Assembly (NCBI RefSeq): GCF_001194135.2
Contig: NC_068984.1
Span: 77,567,873-77,631,872, forward strand
Direction of reading: 5' to 3'
Length of the DNA: 64,000 nucleotides
DNA from: Octopus bimaculoides
Lineage: Eukaryota
A program made the translations under genes and the position numbers. Within the stretch, counting starts at the first letter, position 1. Each line of letters opens with the position of its first letter. Of the stretch, positions 34,930 to 48,640 are shown one piece after another. The notes under the pieces are model-generated. The model worked only from the letters and a program-made list of their open reading frames with translations, was not told where the DNA came from and made no database searches.

Positions 34930-35504
34930 ATTTTTACGTGCTACCTGCACGGGAGCCTGTCCAGCGGTACTGGCAACGACCACGCACGAATGTTGTTTTT
35001 CACGTGATGGTAAGGCGACGATCACACTCGAATAGTGCTTTTTCACGTGTCACCGGCGCGGGAGCCAATTTGTGGGCCTGGCAACGATCACACTCGGATA
35101 TACTCTTAACGTTCCACTGGCACGAGTGCCAATCAGGCGATACTGTCATCGGCCACGTCAGCGATTTTGATTTGTTTACACTTGCCTCAATAGGTCTTCA
35201 CAAGCAAAGGTCATTGTCCAATGAATGAGGGGGTACTCATAAGTGGACCGGTTACACCCCACGTTCGGATGTACTTAACATCTTTTGAACGTGGTCGTTG
35301 CCAGAACCGCCTGACTGGCCCTCGTGCCGGTGGCACGTAAAAAGCACTCACTACACTCTCGGAGTGGTTGACGTTAGGAAGGGCATCCAGCTGTAGAAAC
35401 TGCCAGATCAGATTGAGCCTGGTGCAGCCTCTGGCTCACCAGTCTTCAGTCAAACTGTCCAAAACATGACAGCATAGAGAGCGGACGTTAAACGATGATG
35501 ATGA
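34930..35504 (+). mobile_element. RTE-derived insertion with inverted 5' part
   Basis: 34930-35260 is antisense RTE 3' UTR (reverse complement matches 17049-17140 plus modules); ~35278-35504 is the sense 3' end with (GAT)n tail. Confidence 0.8.
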
Positions 35505-36974
35505 GTTACCCTAACTGTAAATGTACTTGCTTCAATGAAATCAGTAATTCATCAGGATGGCTAGTTTTTTTTTTTTGGTGGGTGGGGGATTCAAACCATA
35601 AATAGACTGTCGACATAAACAGTCTTCAGTGTTATGTATATTATTTTAACCATTCAACACGTTCATGATTTATCTTTCTGACTTTGTCACGGCCACCTCG
35701 ACTGAGCAAATGCAATGCGTATTATCTGCATGCAAAATTATATGCAGTTATGTCTTAGCACCACGTGAAGAAGCAGCAGTGGATCCCAAATTTTGTTCAG
35801 TGTAGATAGTATACAGATAGAAATTTCATTATTGCTATAACTTTTATAATAAAGTGTAAAATAATTTATAACTTACTTACAATTTCAAGAATTTGGAGGA
35901 AATGTACAGTTGATTACCTCCACTGCAGTACTTGAATGCTACTTTTATTCATCAAACCCAGGAGACTGAAAGTCACTTAGTGGAGGTTCGAATTCAAAAC
36001 GTAAAAGGATGTAACTAAAAGTTTTAAGTCGATATCTACATCGTGCTGTTTAACATTGCCATCAATTCTGAATTAGTTTCCATATACACTCATAGAATTA
36101 AGGGCAGTACTTGTAACTCTGGGCAAAACCTGTATTTGTGAGTAAATGAGAAAAGGATTGGAAGCCATGATTCATAGGATGTTGTAACCAAAGATCAGCA
36201 TGTCGAAAGTTATCTTCAGATTGGAGATTTGTTCAGCATGCTTGCAACACAGTGGACTCCACCAAAGGCACTCCGAGGGCTAAGTGTTGATGAAGCCTAC
36301 CGTCCAAACTATAGATCATTCGAGTGAATTTCTACGTAGTTTCCATTTATCTAATTTCGCTCGCAAGGGTTTATTGTCAACTCAAAGTCTATAGCGAAAG
36401 ATACTTCGTCATGGACAAGGCCATGCTAGAGGATCGCCTTGTCTGTGATGGTTAAAATGAACAAGCTTAAGCAGTAGCATTGAACCCGAAATCACATGCT
36501 TGTGAAGTGAACTTCTTAAGTACAAGGTTCTAACTATAACCACAATCTCAACATAGTGTGGTTTCATCAGTTCCAATGCTGTGTGCTGCATACATAGATT
36601 ATCCATACATATATATTCAAATAGATTTTCATATAAAATACTTATAATTAATAAAACATTAACAAACAACATTGAGTATATATAATTGTAACTTTTATTC
36701 AACAAGAATGTTTTTAAAAAATCATATAAGAATATTTTGTGATATATCAGAGCGCAAAGGTTCTATCTGCAGTGCCTGGCTGTGATTTATTTGTCTCAGT
36801 CTGTATAAAAATGTGAGGAAGAAAATTTCAATTTATTATTTTTTATTTTCAAATCACAATCTATTTACATGTTAACAGTTAAATAATAAAATTAATTCTA
36901 ACATAGGAAAAGAGCTTCAATCTTTTGATAGTGAAGCGTACATTACCCCTGTACCTGATTGGGGCTTTATTTTA

Positions 36975-37310
36975 TGGACTTCTAGGAGGATAAAAGATAA
37001 ACTCGATCTCGGCGGGATTTGAACTCCAAGCACAAAGCAATGTAATTAAATACCACAAGGCATTTTGTCCGTAGCTTTACCAGTTCTGTTGTTAACTGTT
37101 CTTCACCGATTATCCTTTTTCCTAATATGGTCACAAATTCAGAGTTGGGAATTAAGCAATTAAATAGACTCCTATACATGATTGGTATTTATTTTATCGA
37201 ATACCCTGATGCATGAAAGGCAAAGCTGACCTCGACTGGATTTGAACTCTGAATGTAAAGAGCCAGAATGAAAACGTCGATGTACTTTGTCCAATGCATT
37301 ATTGATTCTG
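36975..37310 (-). mobile_element. Two partial family A SINEs
   Basis: CTCGGCGGGATTTGAACTC and GAAAGGCAAAGCTGACCTCGACTGGATTTGAACTC cores. Confidence 0.65.
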
Positions 37311-38928
37311 TTATCAACCACTCTTCGATTTATTAGTTGTTATAGTAATAATAAAAAACAAAAATCTGGATGTCCCATAAGAATGGAAATCTTAAATAAA
37401 AAATTAATTCATAATTCAATTTTTTAAAAAAATCTGATTGAATTGCACATAATTGGACCATTTTTCCTCTTTTTCATTATTTATTTCTGTATTAGTTTCT
37501 GGGACATGTTGAAGATGTTGCTTCAGAAGAAAAAAAAAAAAAAAACTTCAATGAAAATTTTGTTGCAACATAGGAAACCTATACTACCGGTATCATACAT
37601 TGTATTAGTTGGTGATAGGCTATTTTACCTTAATGTGTGTGTGTATAAGGGTTGTATAATTAAAAGTGTGCTGAAAAACACTAGATAATTTGGGCTTCGT
37701 AATCAGTTCCATACTTCACTCCTATTCTGCGTACGAAGTGATATGATCGACCATATTGTGGGATAAGCTAAAGTTCGGAGTTCAAGTCAAGGTATTTAGT
37801 AACAAGAATCACAGAAAACATGATTAGTTTTTTTCAAAGTTCTATATTTAAGAGCGTTTCCATAAACCAACTGGTTTCATCTTCGTGCGAAAGCGCACTT
37901 ATATAATGCTTAAAATACACCAATTACGTTTTCTGCTTCACCCATCTCTTTCTGACTCTCTCTCTTTCTATCTCTCTCTCTCTATCTCTCTCTACCTCTC
38001 TCTCTCTCTCCTTCTCCACTCCCTCTCTAGCTAAAAAGAATATAGTGAACTTGACGTTTCGGACAGAGTTTCTTCAAGAAAAAGTTGAAAGAAGAAAAGT
38101 TAATGAGTCAGCAGTTTTACATCCTCCAAATTAAAAAAAAATAAATCATGTGTGTGTATATAAATGTTTCTGGATGTGTGTGTGTGTGCATAAAAATTTA
38201 TTGAATATTTTTATTGTACTATGTTATTTTTCAACTAATAAATTATTTTTTTCAAAACCACTATTTTTAAAACGTAAATAAAATGAAATATCATAAGCTG
38301 TTCATTAAAATCTCTATAGAGTACTTTTACAATAATCGCTTTGCAATCGATTTATTAATTAATTTCACTTTCTGGTCTATTACACACACACACACACACA
38401 CGTACAAACGTATAAACTTTCTAATCTTAATATCTGTAATATTTTAACGACTATTACAACAGTTTCATTGATCTATTAATTTTTACTTTCCAGTTTTTCA
38501 ATACACACGCATGCACATGGATGCACACAATTTTTATGATGGTGAAGAGTTATCTAGTCCATCTTATATTAATATCTTTTGTTATATATTATTATCTCCT
38601 GTCAATTCTTCTTTTAGGCGATCGAATATTTGCTTGAACTCAAATATTTTAATATTAATTTTCGTCCACAATAAAAAAAGAATAATAATAATAATTTTTT
38701 TTTCTGCTTTAGGCACAATGCCTAAAATTTTGGGGGAGGGATTAGTCGATTACTTAATAATAATAATAATAATCACGAACTCGCCTGTCGTTTGACGACG
38801 TACGAAGGTTCGGCAATGTCTTGTTAAACACCCATACATGGTTTGTTTATAGTGATCAAACGTTTGTTTTCACATAAGATTACTCTCTCCACCAAATCGA
38901 CATTACCTATACAGGTGCACGACGTACC

Positions 38929-39112
38929 GCAAGTGTGAAGGTAGAACATCTACAAAAGCCATCATTGCTTGAAACTGCAAGAATTCTTTGCAGGGTTTTT
39001 GAAGCATGACCAGTAAACAAGTGTCACCTGAGTCTGCTGGCTGAGGACAGCTGACACTTTCGATCTTAACCAGCAAAATAAGCTCTGAGGGTTTCATATA
39101 ATAATAATAATT
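38929..39112 (+). mobile_element. R4/Dong-like (RLE) LINE 3' end
   Basis: VKVEHLQKPSLLETARILCRVLKHDQ* (LQKxxLLGTARILRxVL-type C-terminus), short UTR, (TAA)n tail. Confidence 0.7.
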
Positions 39113-39300
39113 GTTTCAAATTTTGGCTCAAAGCCAGTAGTTTCAGGGGACTGGGTAAGTCGATGACATTGATCCTACTGCTTAACTGGTTATTTTATCG
39201 ATCCCCAAAGGATGAAAAACAAAGTTGACCTCGGCGGAATTTGAACTCAAAACATAAAGACGAAATGTCGATAAGCATTTTGTCCGGTGCACTAACGAAT
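39113..39300 (-). mobile_element. Family A SINE
   Basis: TTTTATCGATCCCCAAAGGATGAAAAACAAAGTTGACCTCGGCGGAATTTGAACTC. Confidence 0.8.
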
Positions 39301-41243
39301 CTTCCAAAGGTGTAAGATGAGGTGGGAGGGCATAGCATGGGTTACAATTAGTATCATAGCAAGGAAAAAAATAACTGTTTCTAATATAGGCAAAAGGCAT
39401 TTTTTCGACACTCTTGACGATTCTGCTAACCTACAGCTCTATATCTTCTATATTAAAGTGCTAATGGTAAATCCCTGTGGTGTAAATAAGCTTCCTCACT
39501 GTGAAAAGAGGATGATAAAAGTGTGTGTGATAGAGAGGGAAAGAAAGAGAGACAGAAGACAGGCAATGATAGGGACAGATGTAGAGAGACTGTGAAAGAG
39601 AGAGATCTAAACGAACGCTCCTGGCATCTACAAACTTCACCCTCATTCACATACACACTCAACTGGCATAACCGCATGCGCAGATGGCAATTAGCTGCAT
39701 GTATGTGTGTGAGAGATTAGGGATTTCTGTATGTGCATGCAAGCCATTGGCGTTCGCATGTGTGGGAACTAAAAGAGGACTTATATGAAAAATATAATCT
39801 AGTTATAAATCAGTAAAATATTCTATTTGGGTTATTTCAGTCGTTTATATAATTCGATTTATTTTGTTGTTTTGTTGTACGTATGTTGTGTTGTATTGTA
39901 TGTATAGATAGATAGTTTACCTACACAAATGTGACACACACATCAACTTTGTTTTCTCATAACTTGCGGAAATAAATATTGTTTAACGAAATTTTCTACA
40001 AATACGCTTCAGATAGTGTGATTACAAAAACGTCAGAATTTAATATGAAAGAAAAAGAAAGAAAAATATTGTGGGTTCACACACTTACATACAGACACAC
40101 ATCATATCGAAAAAAAAGTGTGGTGCGTGTCTGTATGTGTACGGGCGCAACAATTTTACTTTGCACATTAAATTTCGATGTAATCGCAAGCTACACCATC
40201 TGAAAAGTATTGGTAGAAAATTTCATAACAAATTCCCATTTTTCCAGAAAGTTGTGAGAAAACAAACCTGACTGGTATGAATTCTCCGAAAATCCTCTCT
40301 CCGGCCTTGGAATAAATGTTTCGAAACAAATTTCGATATAAGAGTAACCTACACCATTTGAAGCTTATTTGGAGAAGTTTTCATTGAAAAAAACAAACAA
40401 ACATTTTTCTGGACATTATGAGGATAAAAAGTCTTGTGGGGGACACAGTTGTGTAGNNNNNNNNNNATATATATATATATATATATTATTGTCTTTTACA
40501 CATCTGTGACCTCCTCAGCGACACTTTCCATCTTCGTGTGTGCTTTTGCTCTGCTTATTCCATTCTGTTCTTCTGTGGTATATATATATATATATACGTA
40601 TGTATGTATATATGTATGTGTGTGTGTATGTATAATGAAGGGAAATAATTATTCAATAAATCCAGGTGAATACCTCGGTAAGCACTTCATATAATAATAC
40701 GGCTCATGTTCATATAAAGAATAGAACAATCTGTTTAGGTTATTTATGCCATGTGACAGGTGCAAATTACAAAAACGGTTAATAATTTGATATTTTAACC
40801 ACAAAGTATCACAGTAGTCAAATAGAGAATAAAGAATTATATCCGTATGATATTTAATTTAGATGATTCAGTGAGATGTATCCGTTACACACTATGGTGT
40901 ACATACTTGATCGATTAATCAACTATTTTATGAAGTAGTCATCTCACGAACCATTGAAACATTTAAAATGCCATATTGATCTTTTATACTTGGTGGTTGT
41001 TTCTAAATAAACTGTGGATTATCTAAGGTGTCAACGTAGGTAAATGTTTCTAATTCAGGTACATGGCCAGCAACTTTGCCTCTCATCTCTATGGGGTCGA
41101 TCAAATAAAGAACTAGACATGCACTGGAGACGATGGTATCGACAAATTATCTCGCTTCAGAAATGTTGGCTACGTGTCTAAATTAGAAACCATTATTATT
41201 ATTGTTGTTGTTGTTGTTGTTAATAATAAAATAATAATAATAA

Positions 41244-41459
41244 TCCTTTCTACTCTAGGCACAAAGCTTGAAATTTTGGAGGAAGAGATCAGTCGATTAC
41301 ATCGATCCAGGTGCGTAACTAGTACTTAATTTATCGACCCTGAAAGGATGAAAGATAAAGTCGACCCCGGCGGCATTTGAACTCAGAGCGTAAAGACAGA
41401 CGAAATACCGCTAAGCTCTTCGCTCGGCGTGCTAACGATTCTGCCAACTCGCCGCCTTC
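41244..41459 (-). mobile_element. Full-length family A SINE embedded in an AAT/AAC microsatellite
   Basis: Reverse-complement head AAGGCGGCGAGTTGGCAGAATCGTTAGC...GAGTTCAAATGCC; tail AGAGTAGAAAGGATTATTATT. Confidence 0.9.
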
Positions 41460-41580
<121 letters not shown>

Positions 41581-41712
41581 ACAATTCTATGCCCTGGGAG
41601 TCGGGAAGACACTCGGCAAGAAATTGTAACAAAATTGTAAGAAGAATAACCAATAATAATAATGATAATAATAATAATAACAATAATAATTTTGCATATT
41701 AATAATTTGCAT

Positions 41713-42120
41713 ACCGATTGATCTATCGTGTCCATATGATTCCAGGACAGTGAAGAATGCAGATGAAGAGTTGAAAAACTATAATTCCTTAAAATGTTAG
41801 AATGCGAGGATTTGAAACATGAAATCTGTAAAAATTGTACTTACGTGGTGCAGTAGTAACTGTGGATGAGGAAATAGACAAATGGATAAAGAAGACTGAA
41901 ATAGAATATCCTATAAAGCTTTTACAGAAGGTTTGCTTTTTAGGAACAGGAAAGCCCACTTAAAGGGTTTTGAATACTTGAAATCTTATTGAAATTGTAT
42001 GGATATCTAAAGTCATAGGGAGTAACCCGCTAACCACAAAAGTTCTACTATGAATAAGACCAATCTTGAGTCAAGACGGCGACAATAATAATAATAATAA
42101 TAATATTAATAATAATAATA
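41713..42120 (+). mobile_element. R4/Dong-like LINE 3' fragment (RLE domain end)
   Basis: IDLSCPYDSR...KWIKKTEIEYPIKLLQKVC/LGTGK...KRVLNT*; (AAT)n on both sides. Confidence 0.7.
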
Positions 42121-42203
42121 TTTTACAAAGAATTGACGTAACAAAGGTAAACAGTCAAGACGAAGATATTTCGACAGTATCGAATCGCGCACTTCGTCTT
42201 GAC

Positions 42204-42244
<41 letters not shown>

Positions 42245-42415
42245 GTACTAGTCGATTACATCGACCCTAGTGCTTCACTGGTACTTAATTTATAGACCCC
42301 GAAAGGATGAAAGGCAAAGTCGACCTCGGCGGAATCTGAACTCAGAACGTGAAAACGGATGAAATACCATTAAACATTTCGCTCGGCGTACTAACGATTC
42401 AGTCAGCTCGCCGTT
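42245..42415 (-). mobile_element. Family A SINE between (AAT)n and (AAC)n
   Basis: GTCGATTACATCGACCC...GAAAGGATGAAAGGCAAAGTCGACCTCGGCGGAATCTGAACTC. Confidence 0.85.
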
Positions 42416-42819
42416 TTGATAACAACAACAACAACAACAACAACATCAAAATAGCACTGGACTTTTATAGTGATTTGATACTGGAAGATGATTTCGCTTC
42501 TTATCCTGGAAAATGATAGCGTCACAGGAATTCAGCATTTCTAGTTTCTATCAAACCGAAAGGGCGTTGTTAACAATTTCTTTTACACACACACANNNNN
42601 NNNNNNNNNNNNNNNNNNNNNNNNNNNNNNNNNNNNNNNNNNNNNNNNNNNNNNNNNNNNNNNNNNNNNNNNNNNNNNNNNNNNNNNNNNNNNNNNNNNN
42701 NNNNNNNNNNNNNNNNNNNNNNNNNNNNNNNNNNNNNNNNNNNNNNNNNNNNNNNNNNNNNNNNNNNNNNNNNNNNNNNNNNNNNNNNNNNNNNNNNNNN
42801 NNNNNNNNNNNNNNNNNNN

Positions 42820-42855
<36 letters not shown>

Positions 42856-43807
42856 AGAAGAAATAAGGTCCACAAGAAATAAATAAACTAAAAGAAATAT
42901 TACAATGTAGTGTATATATTAACACCGACAAGATTTCCTTATAATTGATGACCTGATTGCAGAATTGGATTTAGATGTTCGGTTTTCTTCGCTCTGTGTT
43001 CAAATTCTGTTGAGATCACCTTCGCCTTTCAGTAAAAGTGTTGTCGTGACGGAATTAGTAGAGCATCAGATGAGACATCTTGTGGTATTTGCTCCCCAGG
43101 ATTTCTTGCATCCTGAGTATTTCCGTAGCAGGCTTAATCTCTCATCCTTTTCTTTCTTTTTACTGGAGTTCATTTTCTTACAGGCAATCAAGCCAGGTCT
43201 CTGGTTTGAGGATAACTGTCTTTCTACCTTCAATCAGTCTCTGAGTGTCTAAGGTCGTGAAAAAAAATGGTCATTGGGACTACCCTTCCCTCCCTGATTA
43301 AACAATAAAAAAAAACATTAAATAATATAAACACACACTAAGGGCACCAGAGGAAAGGCAGCACCACAGAACTGTTTTCATTGTCAGATTTACCAAAGTG
43401 CAAATGGAAGAGAATAACTTTTTCCTTCAATTTAATGATTAAAACATCGAAAATTGAAAAAAACGTTATATTTTTTTCATGTTGCCTTCATTATAAGTAA
43501 ATAATTTAAACTATTTCACTACCATTTAGAGTAAAATAGATACAATTAAAAACAAGTTATATTTAATGATATTGTTTGTTTCTTTGCAAAATTTACCAAT
43601 CGTGAAAGAGAGGACATTTTAAGATTGGTCATAAAATGACTACCAACCAAAGCTGGAGGCTCAATATATTTTTTTAAGGTCCAACAATTGTAATAAGAAC
43701 ATCCAGTTCATGGAGGCAACAAAAAAGATTTAACAACACGCATATTCGTACATAACTGTACTTTATCAGTATTTCCCATTCTTTTCACTCATTTTTTTTT
43801 TGCTTTG

Positions 43808-43840
<33 letters not shown>

Positions 43841-45035
43841 ATATACCCTTTTCAGTACGTCATAGCTTACCAGCAATTCAAAGACGTTTAAATTGAATAA
43901 CATAAATAAATAAATAAATAAATAAATAAATACTGTTGTTATGAGGTTTGGCCAAAAGGCTGACCCGGAAGAAAACTAAATTTTAAAATCTAATCTTTAA
44001 CATTGGACACATGTTTTAATGTTTTGTAGGTTAAACGTGGAAGAATTGAGAACGCGTCATACTTGGCTGAGCTTAGGGATTCAGTTGGTTATAAACCAGT
44101 CTAGTGAACATTGTCATGTGGGTGTTATGTAAGATTTAGTGAGTTGGAAGGTTGTCAGAATTAAGATGCTATTTCATTATTAAATCTGAAGCATAGATAA
44201 ACGGATATGCCATGAGGAGAGATAAGCAGAGATGTTTGAGTTGAGCCCGTCTGTCAATAAATGAGGGGACACTGTTCCAAAATGCCAGAACACGTCTTAC
44301 TTTATAGCATGAAGACATATCTCATTGTACAGATTTTATACGCACACTGGGAATAACACGAACAGTTTGATGCATACGTATACATTCCACATCCTTCCGG
44401 CACACTTTTCTTTCCTTTCAATAAGTGCTCTGTTCGAACACATACCGAATTTTTACGAATTTTAATGTATGTATGTATGTATGTATGTATGTATGTATGT
44501 ATGTATGTATGTGTGTGTGTATGTATATATATATATATATACATAGGCACATATACATATATATACACACATATATATATATACATATGTGTATGTATGT
44601 ATGTTCTTTTATATTCTTTTACTTATTTCAGTCATTTGACTGTGGCTATGTTGGAGCACCGCCATGAATATATATATTGTTATGGTATATTCCGTTAGGA
44701 ACGTGGCAGAGTACCGTATATAGCGTATATCCAAGTCGAGACTAGTACTGGAGATTTAATTCTGCTCTTGCACATGTGTATGTGTATGTTTATGTTTATG
44801 CGTGCAAGCACACATACAGAGACTCTCACAAAACCCTAAAAAATAGACAGTCCTCATTGCACCGTTTCATCTGTGCGAGCTCTACTCATTAGTACGGTAT
44901 CCGAACGGGTTAGGTTATTAAAAACAGCACAAGACATGTCTACTAAATACTAGATAAAGTATTTAAATGCATCAAATAACATTATTTTGTTTCAAGAAAT
45001 AAATCTTTCGAAAATGATGTCAATTTACTTTCGAT

Positions 45036-45088
<53 letters not shown>

Positions 45089-45830
45089 AAGGTGTGTATT
45101 CGAGAAGTTGTTTAGAAAAAGAGTAGGGAATAAGCTGGAAATATAGGAATAGAAACCCCTATAAAGGAAGACAATTCAAAAAAGAAACTACACTTTATAT
45201 ATTCGTCCTGCATTTTAGCAATTGGATTTCAGAGTACAGTGATGGGGGAAGATGAGTTTACATATTTTGNNNNNNNNNNGAAACTACACTTTATATATTC
45301 GTCCTGCATTTTAGCAATTGGATTTCAGAGTACAGTGATGGGGGAAGATGAGTTTACATATTTTGCAGTTTTGCATACATGTGAGCAAAATGTATCACTC
45401 CCCATAATTTCTTGATTAAAGAGGGATTAACCCTCGTATATTTCTTTTCGTAAGGAGAAGTGATCTCTCTTCCTCTCTCTCTTTTTTTTTTGTTGTTATT
45501 TTTGAAAAAGAGATTTTAACATCGAAATATTGAAATACACGATAAAATGAAAAGTGCAGTTTGATTTTGTTTTGTTTTTATTTTCATTCTTTTATTTCTA
45601 ATATGCAATGTAATAACTTTCGAAAACTATTCTAATACTTTTCATTCTTGCTTCGTATTAAGTACTATATCATTTATGTGTGTATATATATAGACACGTA
45701 TACATCTACGTGATAAATAAAGTAGGTTTAGAGTCATTTGATATCTTCTAACATGTGGCTCTACCATGTAGTTGCCCTTATAATTATTATAAAAAAAGTA
45801 TGTACTCTGCATTAATTTATGCCTAAAAGG

Positions 45831-46183
45831 GGTACTTTTTGGTTATCTTACTCCCATTAAAAAGTGGGCTGACATCTGTCAGTCTGCAAAACGAATTTAG
45901 TTTATATAGAAATTGTTTAACCCTCAATAAAACAAAAAAATGAAAAATTAATAAACATGAAAACTGAAAAAATTAAACATCTTCCTGAATCTGATATTAT
46001 TTTTATTACAAATCATACCAGGCCTATTGAGGTGGCCAAACGTTAACAATGTGTTTGAATCAAAAGAATCTAACTCTTTTAATCCAATCTCTTGTCGCCA
46101 CATTAACTCGATTTTTAGTGGAGAGATAACCCAATTTTTTAATGGCAATTTTATTAATGGGGGTGAGATAACCAAAAAGTACC
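45831..46183. mobile_element. 353-bp Merlin-type MITE with exact 8-bp TSD
   Basis: TIRs GGTACTTTTTGGTTATCTTACTCCCATTAA / TTAATGGGGGTGAGATAACCAAAAAGTACC; TSD CTAAAAGG (45823-30, 46184-91); empty paralogous site at 46660-67. GG termini with an 8-bp TSD fit Merlin. Confidence 0.85.
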
Positions 46184-46718
46184 CTAAAAGGTTTTACATG
46201 CTAGCAACCTGATAAAATCTTATATAGATTTTATCCTTGATTATTGTAATAATAAATATAAATTTACTTAAATCAATTTATTCGCTGCTGAATTATTTTG
46301 GTTATTCACACGTGGCTGAGATGAGTGATCTCAATTTAAACTGTGTATATAAGTGTGAACATTTGTAAATGCACTGGGAATACGTATATGCACTGGGTAT
46401 GTATAAATGTTTATAATTCTGTACATTCAGTTACACCATACTGATGACAGTAAAGAAAGTTGTACCTCTGAACTAGAAATCAATTGATCTATGGCTAAAC
46501 GTTTTAACAACATCTTTTTCGTTCATTTCCCTCGCTTTCAGCCTGTGTCTATGTGATAAATGAAGTAGTTTTAGAGTCATATGACATCTTCTTCCAGCAT
46601 GTTGCTCTACCATGTAGTTGCCCTTGTCATAACATTATATACTTTGTATTAATGTATACCTAAAAGGTTTTGCATGCTAGCTACTTGATAAAATACTATA
46701 TAGATTTTATCCTTGATT

Positions 46719-46759
<41 letters not shown>

Positions 46760-47210
46760 NNNNNNNNNNNNNNNNNNNNNNNNNNNNNNNNNNNNNNNNN
46801 NNNNNNNNNNNNNNNNNNNNNNNNNNNNNNNNNNNNNNNNNNNNNNNNNNNNNNNNNNNNNNNNNNNNNNNNNNNNNNNNNNNNNNNNNNNNNNNNNNNN
46901 NNNNNNNNNNNNNNNNNNNNNNNNNNNNNNNNNNNNNNNNNNNNNNNNNNNNNNNNNNNNNNNNNNNNNNNNNNNNNNNNNNNNNNNNNNNNNNNNNNNN
47001 NNNNNNNNNNNNNNNNNNNNNNNNNNNNNNNNNNNNNNNNNNNNNNNNNNNNNNNNNNNNNNNNNNNNNNNNNNNNNNNNNNNNNNNNNNNNNNNNNNNN
47101 NNNNNNNNNNNNNNNNNNNNNNNNNNNNNNNNNNNNNNNNNNNNNNNNNNNNNNNNNNNNNNNNNNNNNNNNNNNNNNNNNNNNNNNNNNNNNNNATATA
47201 TATATATGTA

Positions 47211-47249
<39 letters not shown>

Positions 47250-47949
47250 ATACACACAGATATTCTTATATGTATTTATGGAATTATGTTTGTATGTATG
47301 TATATATGTATGTATGTATGTATGTATATATGTATGTATGTATGTAGGTAGGTAGGTAGGTAGGTAGGTAGGTAGGTAGGTAGGTAGGTAGGTAGGTAGG
47401 TGGTTATGCAGGTGGGCAGTTAGGTGGGTATATATACGTTATGTTATACTGAAAACACAAATATGTTCCAGTTTTAACTAATTTTCTTTTATTAGTTTAG
47501 TTCTTGCATATGAGTCCCTTCTAAATTCATCCTCATCATTATTATCATCTTCATCATTATCACCAACATTTATAGACTATCATAGCCCCATCGCCAGGAT
47601 AAAAAGCGTTGTTGGCGTGAGATAATTACACCATGTTATTCGTAGGCAAAGGTAATTTCTGTAGAGTTTATGGCTCGAATCTGTTTAGACGTCATCAATT
47701 CTATTTGAAAAGTTATCGAAATATGAACGTCAGATTTGTATGACGGTCGTATATTTCGCTTGTAGCCCCTAACCTTAAACTGGCAAACCCTAAACTGGCA
47801 AACCCTAAATTGGTGTATATACTTGTGTGCTGTGTTCATTTTAGCATTAGGTATTGTTATAAATACGTTTTCACTTAGCATCGTTTTTGTTGAAGAGGGA
47901 TCGCCTACGAAAATATGTAAAAATACTAATAAAAGATAAATGCTACAAC

Positions 47950-47983
<34 letters not shown>

Positions 47984-48634
47984 NNNNNNNNNNNNNNNNN
48001 NNNNNNNNNNNNNNNNNNNNNNNNNNNNNNNNNNNNNNNNNNNNNNNNNNNNNNNNNNNNNNNNNNNNNNNNNNNNNNNNNNNNNNNNNNNNNNNNNNNN
48101 NNNNNNNNNNNNNNNNNNNNNNNNNNNNNNNNNNNNNNNNNNNNNNNNNNNNNNNNNNNNNNNNNNNNNNNNNNNNNNNNNNNNNNNNNNNNNNNNNNNN
48201 NNNNNNNNNNNNNNNNNNNNNNNNNNNNNNNNNNNNNNNNNNNNNNNNNNNNNNNNNNNNNNNNNNNNNNNNNNNNNNNNNNNNNNNNNNNNNNNNNNNN
48301 NNNNNNNNNNNNNNNNNNNNNNNNNNNNNNNNNNNNNNNNNNNNNNNNNNNNNNNNNNNNNNNNNNNNNNNNNNNNNNNNNNNNNNNNNNNNNNNNNNNN
48401 NNNNNNNNNNNNNNNNNNNNNNNNNNNNNNNNNNNNNNNNNNNNNNNNNNNNNNNNNNNNNNNNNNNNNNNNNNNNNNNNNNNNNNNNNNNNNNNNNNNN
48501 NNNNNNNNNNNNNNNNNNNNNNNNNNGGAGAATATAATTGGTTTAGGGGTTAAATACAAAACAATTTTCGAGTTTTAATTTTCTTTTCTTCCATAATCCT
48601 GCAGAAATATATTGTGTACTACTAGATAAATAGT

Positions 48635-48640
48635 TTTATT
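48635..48640 (-). terminator. Candidate polyadenylation signal of the - strand prokineticin-like gene
   Basis: AATAAA on the - strand ~105 nt downstream of the stop codon. Confidence 0.4.

Noticed and set aside
42965-43252. Coding-like composition on the - strand (TQRLIEGRKTVILKPETWLDCL*...)
   Set aside because: Multiple stops and no diagnostic motif; possibly an old transposase or LINE relic, unresolved.
44030-44140. + strand acceptor followed by short open frames (VKRGRIENASYLAELRDSVGYKPV*)
   Set aside because: Short, no family match, no partner exons.
45183-45365. ~85-bp direct repeat on either side of a 10-N gap (likewise 52990-53360 and 56236-56275)
   Set aside because: Identical sequence flanking tiny gaps is typical of unmerged contig overlaps; treated as an assembly artefact.
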